A stretch of 64,000 bases of DNA, taken from the NCBI GenBank assembly GCA_946965045.2, contig OX337241.1:2604001-2668000 (forward strand), in the 5' to 3' direction. Made by a program: the position numbers and the translations under genes. The notes beneath the pieces were generated by a model. That model saw only the letters and a program-made list of their open reading frames with translations, made no database searches and was not told the DNA's origin. The stretch comes from Epithemia pelagica. Lineage: Eukaryota > Protista > Bacillariophyta. This document shows positions 34,101-43,808 of this stretch, one piece after another; the first letter of the stretch is position 1, and the number at the start of each line of letters is the position of its first letter.

Positions 34101-36820
34101 ATGTACCGTACCCACTTTGGATTCATGAAAAATCACCGCTGTGAGTGCCCCATTCATGAGTTTGTGGTGAGTCAAGGTTCGATTGGGATACGAGACGGGA
34201 GAACTTCCTGGTATGTGGTTTCGGTCAAAGTCCAAGAGAAGAATTTCACCACCAAGATCTATAACGAATACCCGCCGCCACAATTGTGAGAACAACACAA
34301 CGAGAAAACATGACAGGACAGACGCAAACTCAACGTACCATCCAGGTCTAACCGGAGGGAATCATTGTCTACGTCCAAGGTACTATGATCCAAATCGTGG
34401 GCCGCATTGCCGGGAAAGGGAACACCCAGTCCAGCCTTGACCGCTCCTTGATCGGACCCATAGAGGATCATACCCTTGCGGGGGTAAAAGGCCAAACTGA
34501 TGCTTTGTCCCCGCGCGGCCAAGCACAATTGCCGGTGCGCATCCAACGATGATGTCACGGCAATGCCAAAGGATCCGGCCGCATTGGCCATAAACATTTG
34601 TGTGGCCGACATGAGGTCATTGTCAAAAAAGGCCCGAATGGTGGTCATGCAAAAGGCCTGGAGGGAGGCTCCTCCTTCATCATCGGTGATAAACTTGTCC
34701 AAACCGGATTGAAAGGAAAAGAATTCGGCTCGTCGATTCTTGAGTTTTGAAACGACTCTCCACGTAAAGGCCTTGCGAAGACCGGGAGTTTTTTCGAGTG
34801 CACTGAGTGTGGTAGTTTTGAGCATTTCCTCCAAGGCTTCTTCAAAGACCATACCAATGGCTTCAAAATGACTGTAGGGTGGAAAGGTTCGTGTGGATGT
34901 CGCCTTGCTGTTCCTTGTCTTGTTCTTTGACGACGCCGGCTCACAGGCCAAGATAAACTCAAAGAGTGAACTGGGTAAGGACGAGGCCAATCCCAAACAA
35001 ATGGCATAGCGGGCACTGAGGCCAAAACATCCTTGGGTCCGCAACACATCCATGACACCGGCAATGGCACAGGAATCCACTTGGGCCGGTAAGGGTGCAT
35101 CCAAGACGCGTTCCAACCATTTTTGGACTTGCCCCAGTTCGTACGAGTTGCCATTGACGCGATAAAAATCAAAATCGCCATTGTGTGTGACATAATTCTC
35201 CACGAGGAGCACTTGGGGAGGTTCCCAACACGAGGATGGAGTGGTCGCACGAGCCGTATTAGTATGCGAGGTGGAGGAGGTGGAATCGGACGAGGACCCG
35301 GTGCTGGACTCGGTCGTCAAGGCACCACCACCGCCTCTTTGTGACTGCTGCTGATGATTGTTGTTGTTGTGATGGTGGTGAGTTGTTTGGTGTCGCATGC
35401 GGGAGAGGCAAAAGACCCGTCGAGGTGCGGGTGGGGACCATCGATGCGGATGGGTATCCGGAATGGTGGCCTTGCTCGAAGTGGCAAAGCGTGTATGACC
35501 AAACAAGACGGGGACAAACGAGGGTGGAAACAACAACTTTTGGTGGTGGTTGGGGGAACAGCAGGTTGTTGTTGCCGTCGTAGTAGTAAAGTGATTGTCA
35601 CGGGCCATGGTTTGACGCAACAAGACACTGAGATCGGATCGTTTTTGATTGACAATGCGTGTTCGAATGCCCCGCAATTGGACCAGACCATGATCCGCAG
35701 GGTCTTGAGTTTTGCTCGTTGATTCTTGTTCTTGTGGTTGTTGTGGTTTGGCTGTTCCTCCTCCCCCTTGTTCCTCTCCATTTGGAATGGTGCGCAGCAT
35801 GGCTTCCTCTGTTTCGTGGTTGTTGTGGTCATTGCTTGTTGAATTGGGATTGACAGTGCTGCTCGTCGTGGCTGGATTGGAAGGTGCTTGTGGTGGCGGA
35901 TAGTTGCATCCAGCAAGGCAATTGGTCGTCGTCGTATTGGTAGTAGTGGTAGGATGAAAACACACGACGCCACCCGCTTGCGCGCCGCGCATCATGGTGA
36001 CTTGAATCAATTTTTCCAAAATGGACAAGGACGCTTGCGTGCCACCGGTATCTTGAGAAAACCAGGCATGATGCAACAAAATCATGCCAAAATTGCCACA
36101 GGCAAAACAAACAAATTGTTGGCTGCTAGTAGTGGACGACGACACGAGACCCGCCACTTGAGGTCCGTGCAACAAATCGGTCCACACGGCTTCGGCGGCC
36201 GTCACCCATGCCGCCCAGTGCAAGGGCGACACTCGCCGATCCAAGGACACGGACGACAAGGACCCACAGTGTTGGCCGCTCGCCGTCCAATGTTGATGTT
36301 GTGGACGACGACAACGGTTCCGATATTCCAGTGCCATTGCGAGCAAGAGACTGAACATCCATCCTACATGTCGAATCCAAGGAATGGCATTCTCCACGAG
36401 TTGTGGTTCGTTGCTATTCGTAGTTGTTGTGGACTGAAGTTGCAGGAGGAATTCGACGGGCAGAATCAATTGACGACCCACGAGCAAGGAATACCAAAAT
36501 TCGATGGATTGGAACAACGACGACGACGACAAGAAGGCGATCCAATCAGCACCATTTCTGTGATGATTGATCCACCACAGGGCCACGACCGCATGCGAAA
36601 CTTCATGCACTATACCACACACGAGATACCAAACCACGGCTTGACAATGCCAGTTCCATCTTCGTTCGTCTTCTTGTTGTTGATGCTGCCGTCGTGATAG
36701 TAGTGATGATGGTGATGGTGCGCTGCTGTCTGGAACTGGACCGCCTTGCTTCATTTCCCCGGCCGTCCTCCCACCTGTGTCCTTGGTGTGGCAACTTGGT
36801 ACTACCAGGATCCTCTTCAT
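31141..36820 (-). pseudogene. Paralog A of the HExxH-membrane/Ntn-amidotransferase/SIS/EF-hand fusion, multiply disrupted
   Basis: Introns 34259-34338, 33331-33404 and 32465-32539 are at the same positions as in paralog B. TAA at 33861-33863, a 1-nt deletion near 32655, and a further frameshift and TAA at about 32060-32260. Confidence 0.85.
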
Positions 36821-36898
36821 CGTCGTCCTTGCCCTTGTCGATCAATAGAGACGAGAGAACCTCTACAGCAGCAGCCGTCGGTTTGCAGATGTTGTAGT

Positions 36899-36900
<2 letters not shown>

Positions 36901-36987
<87 letters not shown>
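36901..36987. repeat. (GTT)29 microsatellite
   Basis: Perfect trinucleotide run just upstream of paralog A. Confidence 0.98.
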
Positions 36988-36989
<2 letters not shown>

Positions 36990-37080
36990 GTGTCAAAAAC
37001 AAAGGATTTTGGAAATTTTGGGATATACGAGTAGAGGAGGGAGTAAATTGAAACGCGCGATCTTTTGGAGTCCCCCCAAG

Positions 37081-37247
37081 TGTCTCATTCCGGCTGATAC
37101 ACGAATTCTGACCCGATACGAGACACATACGTCAGAAATACAACGGTCATTACCGTTTACCGTTTTACTGGTTTCATGCGTTGAATGTAGCGTAATTCTT
37201 CATCTTAATCTTTCCTTGGAGTGGATTCTATCAAGTAGAATAAGACA
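37081..37247 (+). repeat. 5' LTR (167 bp)
   Basis: TGTCT...AGACA, matches 43488-43654. Confidence 0.97.
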
Positions 37248-37265
37248 GTTTATCAGACCCACCGT
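37248..37265 (+). other. Primer-binding site complementary to a tRNA-Ile-like anticodon arm
   Basis: GTTTATCAGACCCACCGT; its reverse complement ACGG-TGGGT-CTGATAA-AC abuts the LTR's CA. Confidence 0.78.
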
Positions 37266-37291
37266 CTGGTAAGGGTAAGAAAGAGAGAGAG

Positions 37292-40200
37292 ATGGTTACT
37301 TCAACGCGTTCTAACACGAAAACGGCTGCTACCGCAACTGGGACTCAGGGCGGTAGTGGAGGAAGCGGAAGTGGAAGCGGAAGCGGAAGTGGAAGCGGAA
37401 GCACAGGAGCCTCGGAAACTGGCAGGGATCGTACTTCACGCCATGGCGCGAGTACGGGAGCTGGAGCCGGCACTCATGCCGGAGGAGGGACGCCAGGAGC
37501 TACTACCATGGGGACTGGCGCCGGGACAGCGGCCGGTGCGGCCGTGGGTGGAGGCATGGCTCCTGATGCAGGTGCAACTGGAGGTGCACCAGGAGGTGGC
37601 GCAGGAGCTGGCGCTGCGGGAATGGGAGGCGCTGGTGTTGCTGCCGGCGCAGGAGGAGGAATGGCAGGCGGAGGCGCCGCAGCAGGAGTACCTGGCGGCG
37701 CAGGAGGAGGTGCTGGAGGGCATGGAGCAGGCGGAGGCGCTGGTGGAGGCGCTGGTGGAGGCGCCGGTGGAGGCGCTGGTGGCGGTGCTGGAGGTGGCCC
37801 AGCAGGAGGCGGTGGTGGCGACGGCGGCGCTGGAGGAGGAGGAGGAGGAGGAGTACCTCCAGGCGTGCCTCCCCCACCATTGTCTGCAGTCGGGATGGCA
37901 CTTACTACTTGTGGGGCCAATCCCTACGAGATCTACGCGCTTGAGCATACGGAAAGGCTTAACACAATCGCAGCCTTCGGACGAATGACCTCTGAAGACG
38001 TGACGAACCTTGTGTCCCGACTCGAGAAGCGTCCGTACCCTCACAGTGTAACCATCCCTACCAGTGTCATCAAGAACATTCAAGGTTTGTGCTTCTGGTC
38101 CGCCAGGGCGCGTCGCCAGGGGCGTCGCCTTCAATATGGCGATTTCGATCAGGACGCACTAATGGAATCCCTCGACGCTATGGAAATTCAAGCCGAGAAG
38201 ACTTCTTCGCCGGATATTAAGCCCTCTGCCCTCAAGGAAGATGACTGGGAAGATTGGAGTCAGGAGTTCCCTACCTACCTGTCCCACATATTTGGCAAGC
38301 AGAAGGCCCCGTTGGACTATGTGATTCGCCCCGACTTGGATCCCGCACACGTTTTTGCAAGTACCCGTGAGCAGGAACTATACAGCTACCCCCTCGGTGG
38401 TCCGTATTTTCGTGAAGACAACAAGGAAGTGTTTAGGTTGTTGAGCGACTTGGTCAAGGACCAGCCAGCAACGTGGATCCAGCCTTTCCAAGCGTCGCAA
38501 GACGGACGTCGTGCCTGGTTGGCACTCGTGAACCATTTCAATGGCGGTGGACAAAAGGAGAAGCGGATCTCCAAGGCTGAGGCCGTCCTTGACACTCTGT
38601 ACTATAATAATGAGCGTGTTTTTAGTTTTGATGCTTATGCGTCTAAGCTATTACGTGCATTCCGGACTCTCGACAACACACCCAATCGGCGTACCCCGTC
38701 CAACCAAGTCAAAATCCTCATCGATAACATCAAGATCACGTCGGCTGAGTTCGCGGTCATTAAAGGACACGTGCGTAGCAACCATCGCATGGACCTGCAT
38801 GCCGCAATCGATTATATTTCACGTGAGATTGCCGAAATCTTTCCTGATGTCTCGATTGGAAATCGCCGCGGTCAGGCGCGTCATCGATTCGTCTCGGAAA
38901 CCGCCTCTCAAGCGGCGTCTCGACCACGCAACTTCGCTGGATTGTCGCATAACAACGGCATCTATACCTTTTATGGTGTAGATGTCACCGATGTGACGCG
39001 ACGTTTCACATCGCAAGAAATGATCACTCTTGGAACGCAAGGACAGGCGTACATTCACCAAGAAAGGGCTCGGTTGCGCGGGCAAGGTGGTGGTCGTGGC
39101 GGCCGTGGTTTCGGCGGTCGGGGACGAGGAAACTATGGCGGCCGTGGTGCTGGTGGACGTGGGGTTGCCGAGATCAGCACAAGTGGCGACCAGTCTGTTA
39201 TCACGGACATCACCAACGACCAAGGGGACCGCACGACAGCGGCGGAAACGGGGACAACAAACACTGACAGGGGCAGCCACAATGGCCGAAGATTTGGAAA
39301 CGGGGCATATGAACAGGGAAATGGGAATGAAGAGGAAAGTAGTCGTACAGGGGGAAGAATCTCCGTTGTGAATTGTGGACCGCAACGTCGCGTAGGAAAA
39401 GTTGAAAAGGGTTGGTTGTTGGAAAGTGATTCCGCCGTGGGAAGGAACGAGATGGACACGATGGCCGACACTTGTTGTGCCGGCAAGAATTGGGCACTGG
39501 TAGAAACTACTGGCATGGAATGCACAGTAAACGATTTCGCGGGGAATCAAGTGGGCAGGACGTCGGTACCTGTTGCAACATGCGCCACGGTGGTTAGAGA
39601 AAGGAAAACAGGAGTCGAAATTGTGGTGATCGGACACCAGATGTTATGGTTTGGTAATTACCTAGATAAATCTCTTCTTAACCAAAATCAGATTCGGCAT
39701 GCTGGACACGAAGTGAGGGATGATCCGACAAGACAAATGAAAGAAGGATTTGGGATTTGGGTGGACGGGGTCCACATTCCGTTTGAAGTACAAGGCACGA
39801 CTGTGTATTTCGAGTCACGTGCTCCTACTCAGCACGAGTTGGAAAATCTACCGTCGATAACACTCACGAGACAGGAGCTATGGGACCCACAGAATGTGGA
39901 CATCACCCAACAGGATTCAAGTCCGTATCTGGAAGCATATGGTGCAAGCATGGCGGGCATTGGGGAAGTGTCTCGCGTGTTGACGCCGCAAGGACTTGCT
40001 TCCGAATTGGCTAGCATCCCGCAAGTCCGACAGGTCGAGAGCTCGCGACATTCTGCCGTGACGGCCGAATCTCTCAGTCGCAAGTGGAAGATTGGTCTTG
40101 ATACCGCAAGAGCTACCCTCCGAGTCACCACCCAACAGGGGATCCGGACAGCTATATCACCTATTACACGTCGCTATCGCGTGGACAATCTAGCCTTGCA

Positions 40201-43200
40201 TCGGAACAGGCTCCAGACAAGATTTTATACGGATACATTATTTTCTAAGACATTGTCTTTGTCAGGAAACAAGTGCGCACAGATCTTCACCGACGGGCAG
40301 TTCACGACTGTTTATCCGTTATCTAGCAAGAGTCAGGTCGGACAGGCCTTGTCGAGCTTTATTGATGAAGTCGGAATCCCAGATAGACTTACCGCCAATC
40401 TGGCCGGTGAACAAGCCGGGGACTCAACCTTATTCAAGAAACTCGTTCGATTGCATCGCATTGACATGCAATGGGCGGAGCGTCACACGGGCAAACAAAA
40501 TCATCGCGCCGAACGTGAGATTGGCCTTTTAAAACAACGTTGGCACCGTTGCATGATGGAGTTGGACGTACCTCGTCGTCTATGGGATTTTGGTCTCGTC
40601 TACGAGGCCGGTGTTTTAAGTCGAGTCGCCCGGGGACCAGATATGCGCTCCGGCGTTGAACGACTCTCCGGCAACACGCCTGACATCTCGGAATGGACCG
40701 ACTTCTCGTTTTATGACGTCGTTTGGTACCACAACAATGTCAAGGCTGACGCTACCGATGATCCAGTGCAACTTGGCCGGTGGCTTGGAATAGCACACAG
40801 GATCGGGAGCGACCTCTGCTACTGGATTCTCACCAAGAGCGGAAAAATTATCGCAAGAACCACCGTCCAACACGTCACCGAGGAGGACTTGGCGAAGCCC
40901 GAAATGGAAGGACGTATTCGACAGTTCAAGTTGATTGTTGAGGAAAGGTTGGACGATCGGAACTTTACGGACAATAGCAAGAATGGACCCGGTTACTTGG
41001 AAGACGTAGATTTGGAGGAAGAAAAGCGGGGACGTGCCGGGGTTGTACCGTCCGATGAAGAATACGGTGGAATGATAGTTGAACAAGCTCCCGAGGCAGA
41101 TGAGCACGGGGATGGATACGACAACTATGTCGGGGCACAAGTGCAGGTCGATATCGGGGGAGAAACGATCCTGGGAACGGTAACAAAGAGACAGAAAGGG
41201 TTAGACGGCAAGCCAGTGGGAAGGGCGCATCGGAATCCGACGTTCGATACACGGACTTACGAAGTTAGTTTTCCAGGTGGATTGTTACATGAGTATACCG
41301 CCAACATAGTGGCGGAGAACCTTTACTCAAGATTGGACAACGAAGGGAAGAGGCATCTGGTGATCAAAGAGATCGTCGGACACAGGAAAGACGGGGACGC
41401 CGTCCCGCAGGAAGAAGGCTACCAGTATTCATCCAATGGTAACAAACACCCGAAAAGGACAACGAAAGGGTGGGAGATAGCAGTCGAATGTCGTGACGGT
41501 ACCCAGATTTGGATACCTCTCAAGGATGCAAAGAATGGATATCCTCTGGAACTTGCCGAATATGCGATTGCGCAGGGAATCCAAGACGAACCGGCATTCA
41601 AGTGGTGGGTACCACAGACGATCAACCACATCCGCCGCCTGGTGAAGAAAGTGAAGAAAAAGTACTGGAAGACGACACACAAGTATGGGGTGAAACTCCC
41701 GCATTCGGTCGATGAAGCGCTGAGGATTGATGAGCAGACAGGTACTAGCCTATGGAAGAACGCCATCGACAAGGAACTCCGAGTAGTCAAAATAGCATGG
41801 GAAGCACGGGAAGACCTAGACCTGGACGAGGTGAGGGCAGGAAGGCAACTTGTGGGCTATACTGAAATAAAGTGTCATATGGTCTTTGACGTAAAAATGG
41901 ACCTTACTCGGAAGGCGAGGTTGGTCGCGGGAGGACACATGACGGAAGCGCCAGCCAGTCTTACTTACTCAAGTGTCGTGAGCCGAGATTCCATTCGCAT
42001 CGCTTTCTTGGTTGCTGCACTAAATGGACTGAACGTTTTAGCGTGTGATATTGGAAACGCGTACTTAAACGCGCCGTGCCGAGAGAAAATATGGTTCCAT
42101 GGTGGACCCGAAGTTGGAAATGAATTTCAAGGAAAGGTATGTGTCATGGTGAGAGCTTTGTACGGATTGAAGTCGTCAGGGGCGAGTTGGCGGGCAACAT
42201 TAATGGCGACGCTGTATGACATGGGATTTTCGGACACGCAGGCCGATCCTTGTGTACTACGGCGAAAAAGGAAGAAGTCAACAGGAGAAGAGTATTATGA
42301 GCTTATGTTAGTATATGTAGACGACATTCTACTGGTGAGCGAGGTTCCACAGGAAGTACTCGACCAAATCGACAAACACTACAAGATCAAGGCCGGTAGC
42401 ACAGGGGAACCGACTGTATACCTAGGTGCCCAAATATACAAGCACAACCTTCCGAATGGATCATGGGCCTGGGGGATGTCGAGCGAAAAATACGTCAACA
42501 ACGCCATCAAGATTGTGGAGGGACTCTTGGAAGAAGACGGGGACGGGAAGAAATTGAAATCAACCGCCAAGGTCCCAGTATCGTCGTCTTACAAACCTGA
42601 GCTAGACATGAGTCCGGAGCTCAGCCCAGCCCTCACATCACGGTATCAACAGTTGATTGGTATATTGAGGTGGGCCGTGGAGTTGGGTCGGGTGGATATA
42701 TACCTGGAGGTATCGCTCCTTTCCCAATTCTTGGCCAATCCACGGGTCGGCCACCTGGAAGTGGTGTACCACATCTTCGCATTCTTGAAGTCTCACCCGA
42801 AATTGAAGATGGTCTTCGACCCGATGAACGTGAACCTTGATGAGAGTTGTTTCCCACAAGTGCCCATCGATGAATGGAAGGAGTTCTATGGCGACGTGGC
42901 CGAGGAATTGCCTGTGAAAATGCCCAAGCCCCTGGGACGGCCAGTTACCATCACTTGTTTCGTAGACGCAGACCACGCGGGGAATGTGGTCACTCGACGT
43001 TCTCACACCGGGATTGTTATCTTCATACAGAATGCCCCGATCTTGTGGTATTCCAAGAGGCAGAATACAGTGGAGTCGTCAAGCTTCGGAAGCGAGTTCG
43101 TGGCACTCAGGATCGCTAAAGAGATGATTGTTGCCTTAAGGTACAAGCTCCGAATGTTTGGTGTGCCTGTTCCTTCACCGGCGAACATACTCTGTGACAA

Positions 43201-43474
43201 TCGTGGTGTCGTGAAGAACACCAGCATACCTGCTTCCGTGTTGAATAAGAAGCACAATGCCATCAACTACCACTCAGTCAGGGAAGCCGCGGCTGCATCA
43301 ATCTTACGAGTTGGGAAGGAAGATACCGAAACCAACATTGCAGATTTGTTCACAAAGATCCTGCCACGAGAACGGAGAAACGTGCTTATTTCGCAATTTA
43401 CTTATTCTTCGGCGTTTGGTCCAGGGGGGCCCCCATCCATTGCGAACAAGCGCGTATCCCCCGCTCACTTCTAA
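37292..43474 (+). CDS. Single-ORF gag-pol polyprotein (2,060 aa), apparently intact
   Basis: Gly/Ala-rich N-terminus; PR MDTMADTCC; INT YTDTLFS and QNHRAE; RT CDIGNAYL, LYGLKSSG and VYVDD; RH FVDADHAG and FGSEF. Confidence 0.96.
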   Translation: MVTSTRSNTKTAATATGTQGGSGGSGSGSGSGSGSGSTGASETGRDRTSRHGASTGAGAGTHAGGGTPGATTMGTGAGTAAGAAVGGGMAPDAGATGGAPGGGAGAGAAGMGGAGVAAGAGGGMAGGGAAAGVPGGAGGGAGGHGAGGGAGGGAGGGAGGGAGGGAGGGPAGGGGGDGGAGGGGGGGVPPGVPPPPLSAVGMALTTCGANPYEIYALEHTERLNTIAAFGRMTSEDVTNLVSRLEKRPYPHSVTIPTSVIKNIQGLCFWSARARRQGRRLQYGDFDQDALMESLDAMEIQAEKTSSPDIKPSALKEDDWEDWSQEFPTYLSHIFGKQKAPLDYVIRPDLDPAHVFASTREQELYSYPLGGPYFREDNKEVFRLLSDLVKDQPATWIQPFQASQDGRRAWLALVNHFNGGGQKEKRISKAEAVLDTLYYNNERVFSFDAYASKLLRAFRTLDNTPNRRTPSNQVKILIDNIKITSAEFAVIKGHVRSNHRMDLHAAIDYISREIAEIFPDVSIGNRRGQARHRFVSETASQAASRPRNFAGLSHNNGIYTFYGVDVTDVTRRFTSQEMITLGTQGQAYIHQERARLRGQGGGRGGRGFGGRGRGNYGGRGAGGRGVAEISTSGDQSVITDITNDQGDRTTAAETGTTNTDRGSHNGRRFGNGAYEQGNGNEEESSRTGGRISVVNCGPQRRVGKVEKGWLLESDSAVGRNEMDTMADTCCAGKNWALVETTGMECTVNDFAGNQVGRTSVPVATCATVVRERKTGVEIVVIGHQMLWFGNYLDKSLLNQNQIRHAGHEVRDDPTRQMKEGFGIWVDGVHIPFEVQGTTVYFESRAPTQHELENLPSITLTRQELWDPQNVDITQQDSSPYLEAYGASMAGIGEVSRVLTPQGLASELASIPQVRQVESSRHSAVTAESLSRKWKIGLDTARATLRVTTQQGIRTAISPITRRYRVDNLALHRNRLQTRFYTDTLFSKTLSLSGNKCAQIFTDGQFTTVYPLSSKSQVGQALSSFIDEVGIPDRLTANLAGEQAGDSTLFKKLVRLHRIDMQWAERHTGKQNHRAEREIGLLKQRWHRCMMELDVPRRLWDFGLVYEAGVLSRVARGPDMRSGVERLSGNTPDISEWTDFSFYDVVWYHNNVKADATDDPVQLGRWLGIAHRIGSDLCYWILTKSGKIIARTTVQHVTEEDLAKPEMEGRIRQFKLIVEERLDDRNFTDNSKNGPGYLEDVDLEEEKRGRAGVVPSDEEYGGMIVEQAPEADEHGDGYDNYVGAQVQVDIGGETILGTVTKRQKGLDGKPVGRAHRNPTFDTRTYEVSFPGGLLHEYTANIVAENLYSRLDNEGKRHLVIKEIVGHRKDGDAVPQEEGYQYSSNGNKHPKRTTKGWEIAVECRDGTQIWIPLKDAKNGYPLELAEYAIAQGIQDEPAFKWWVPQTINHIRRLVKKVKKKYWKTTHKYGVKLPHSVDEALRIDEQTGTSLWKNAIDKELRVVKIAWEAREDLDLDEVRAGRQLVGYTEIKCHMVFDVKMDLTRKARLVAGGHMTEAPASLTYSSVVSRDSIRIAFLVAALNGLNVLACDIGNAYLNAPCREKIWFHGGPEVGNEFQGKVCVMVRALYGLKSSGASWRATLMATLYDMGFSDTQADPCVLRRKRKKSTGEEYYELMLVYVDDILLVSEVPQEVLDQIDKHYKIKAGSTGEPTVYLGAQIYKHNLPNGSWAWGMSSEKYVNNAIKIVEGLLEEDGDGKKLKSTAKVPVSSSYKPELDMSPELSPALTSRYQQLIGILRWAVELGRVDIYLEVSLLSQFLANPRVGHLEVVYHIFAFLKSHPKLKMVFDPMNVNLDESCFPQVPIDEWKEFYGDVAEELPVKMPKPLGRPVTITCFVDADHAGNVVTRRSHTGIVIFIQNAPILWYSKRQNTVESSSFGSEFVALRIAKEMIVALRYKLRMFGVPVPSPANILCDNRGVVKNTSIPASVLNKKHNAINYHSVREAAAASILRVGKEDTETNIADLFTKILPRERRNVLISQFTYSSAFGPGGPPSIANKRVSPAHF

Positions 43475-43487
43475 AGCTTGCGGGGAC

Positions 43488-43654
43488 TGTCTCATTCCGG
43501 CTGATACACGAATTCTGACCCGATACGGGACACATACGTCAGAAATACAACGGTCATTACCGTTTACCGTTTTACTGGTTTCATGCGTTGAATGTAGCGT
43601 AATTCTTCATCTTAATCTTTCCTTGGAGTGGATTCTATCAAGTAGAATAAGACA
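43488..43654 (+). repeat. 3' LTR (167 bp)
   Basis: Matches 37081-37247. Confidence 0.97.
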
Positions 43655-43808
43655 CAAGCCCCCAAATTCGTCAATCCATGTTTTCAAAGTTTTGGGAACC
43701 AAACACAACAACACGGCAACGACAAAAGAAGACGAAGAAGAACCATTGTATTGGATCATCCTCTTGCTCTCTCTCTCGAGCGCTACTACGTACCTATACA
43801 CACACACC

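Larger units (their letters stand above)
37081..43654 (+). mobile_element. Intact Ty1/copia (CoDi-type) LTR retrotransposon, 6,574 bp
   Basis: 167-bp TG...CA LTRs 37081-37247 and 43488-43654 (one mismatch seen). PBS at 37248; PPT GCGGGGAC at 43480-43487. Flanks share 4 bp, CAAG. Confidence 0.97.

Noticed and set aside
37248-37261. Standard initiator-Met 3'-end PBS (TGGTATCAGAGC-like)
   Set aside because: The motif abuts the LTR's CA with no TGG, and the stem-loop symmetry (GGGT/AC around CTGATAA) fits an anticodon arm better.
43257-43808. N-terminal extension of the 814-aa ORF as part of the lipase
   Set aside because: It begins inside the copia pol/LTR in another frame. It is an open-frame coincidence, and the likely start is the ATG at 43809.
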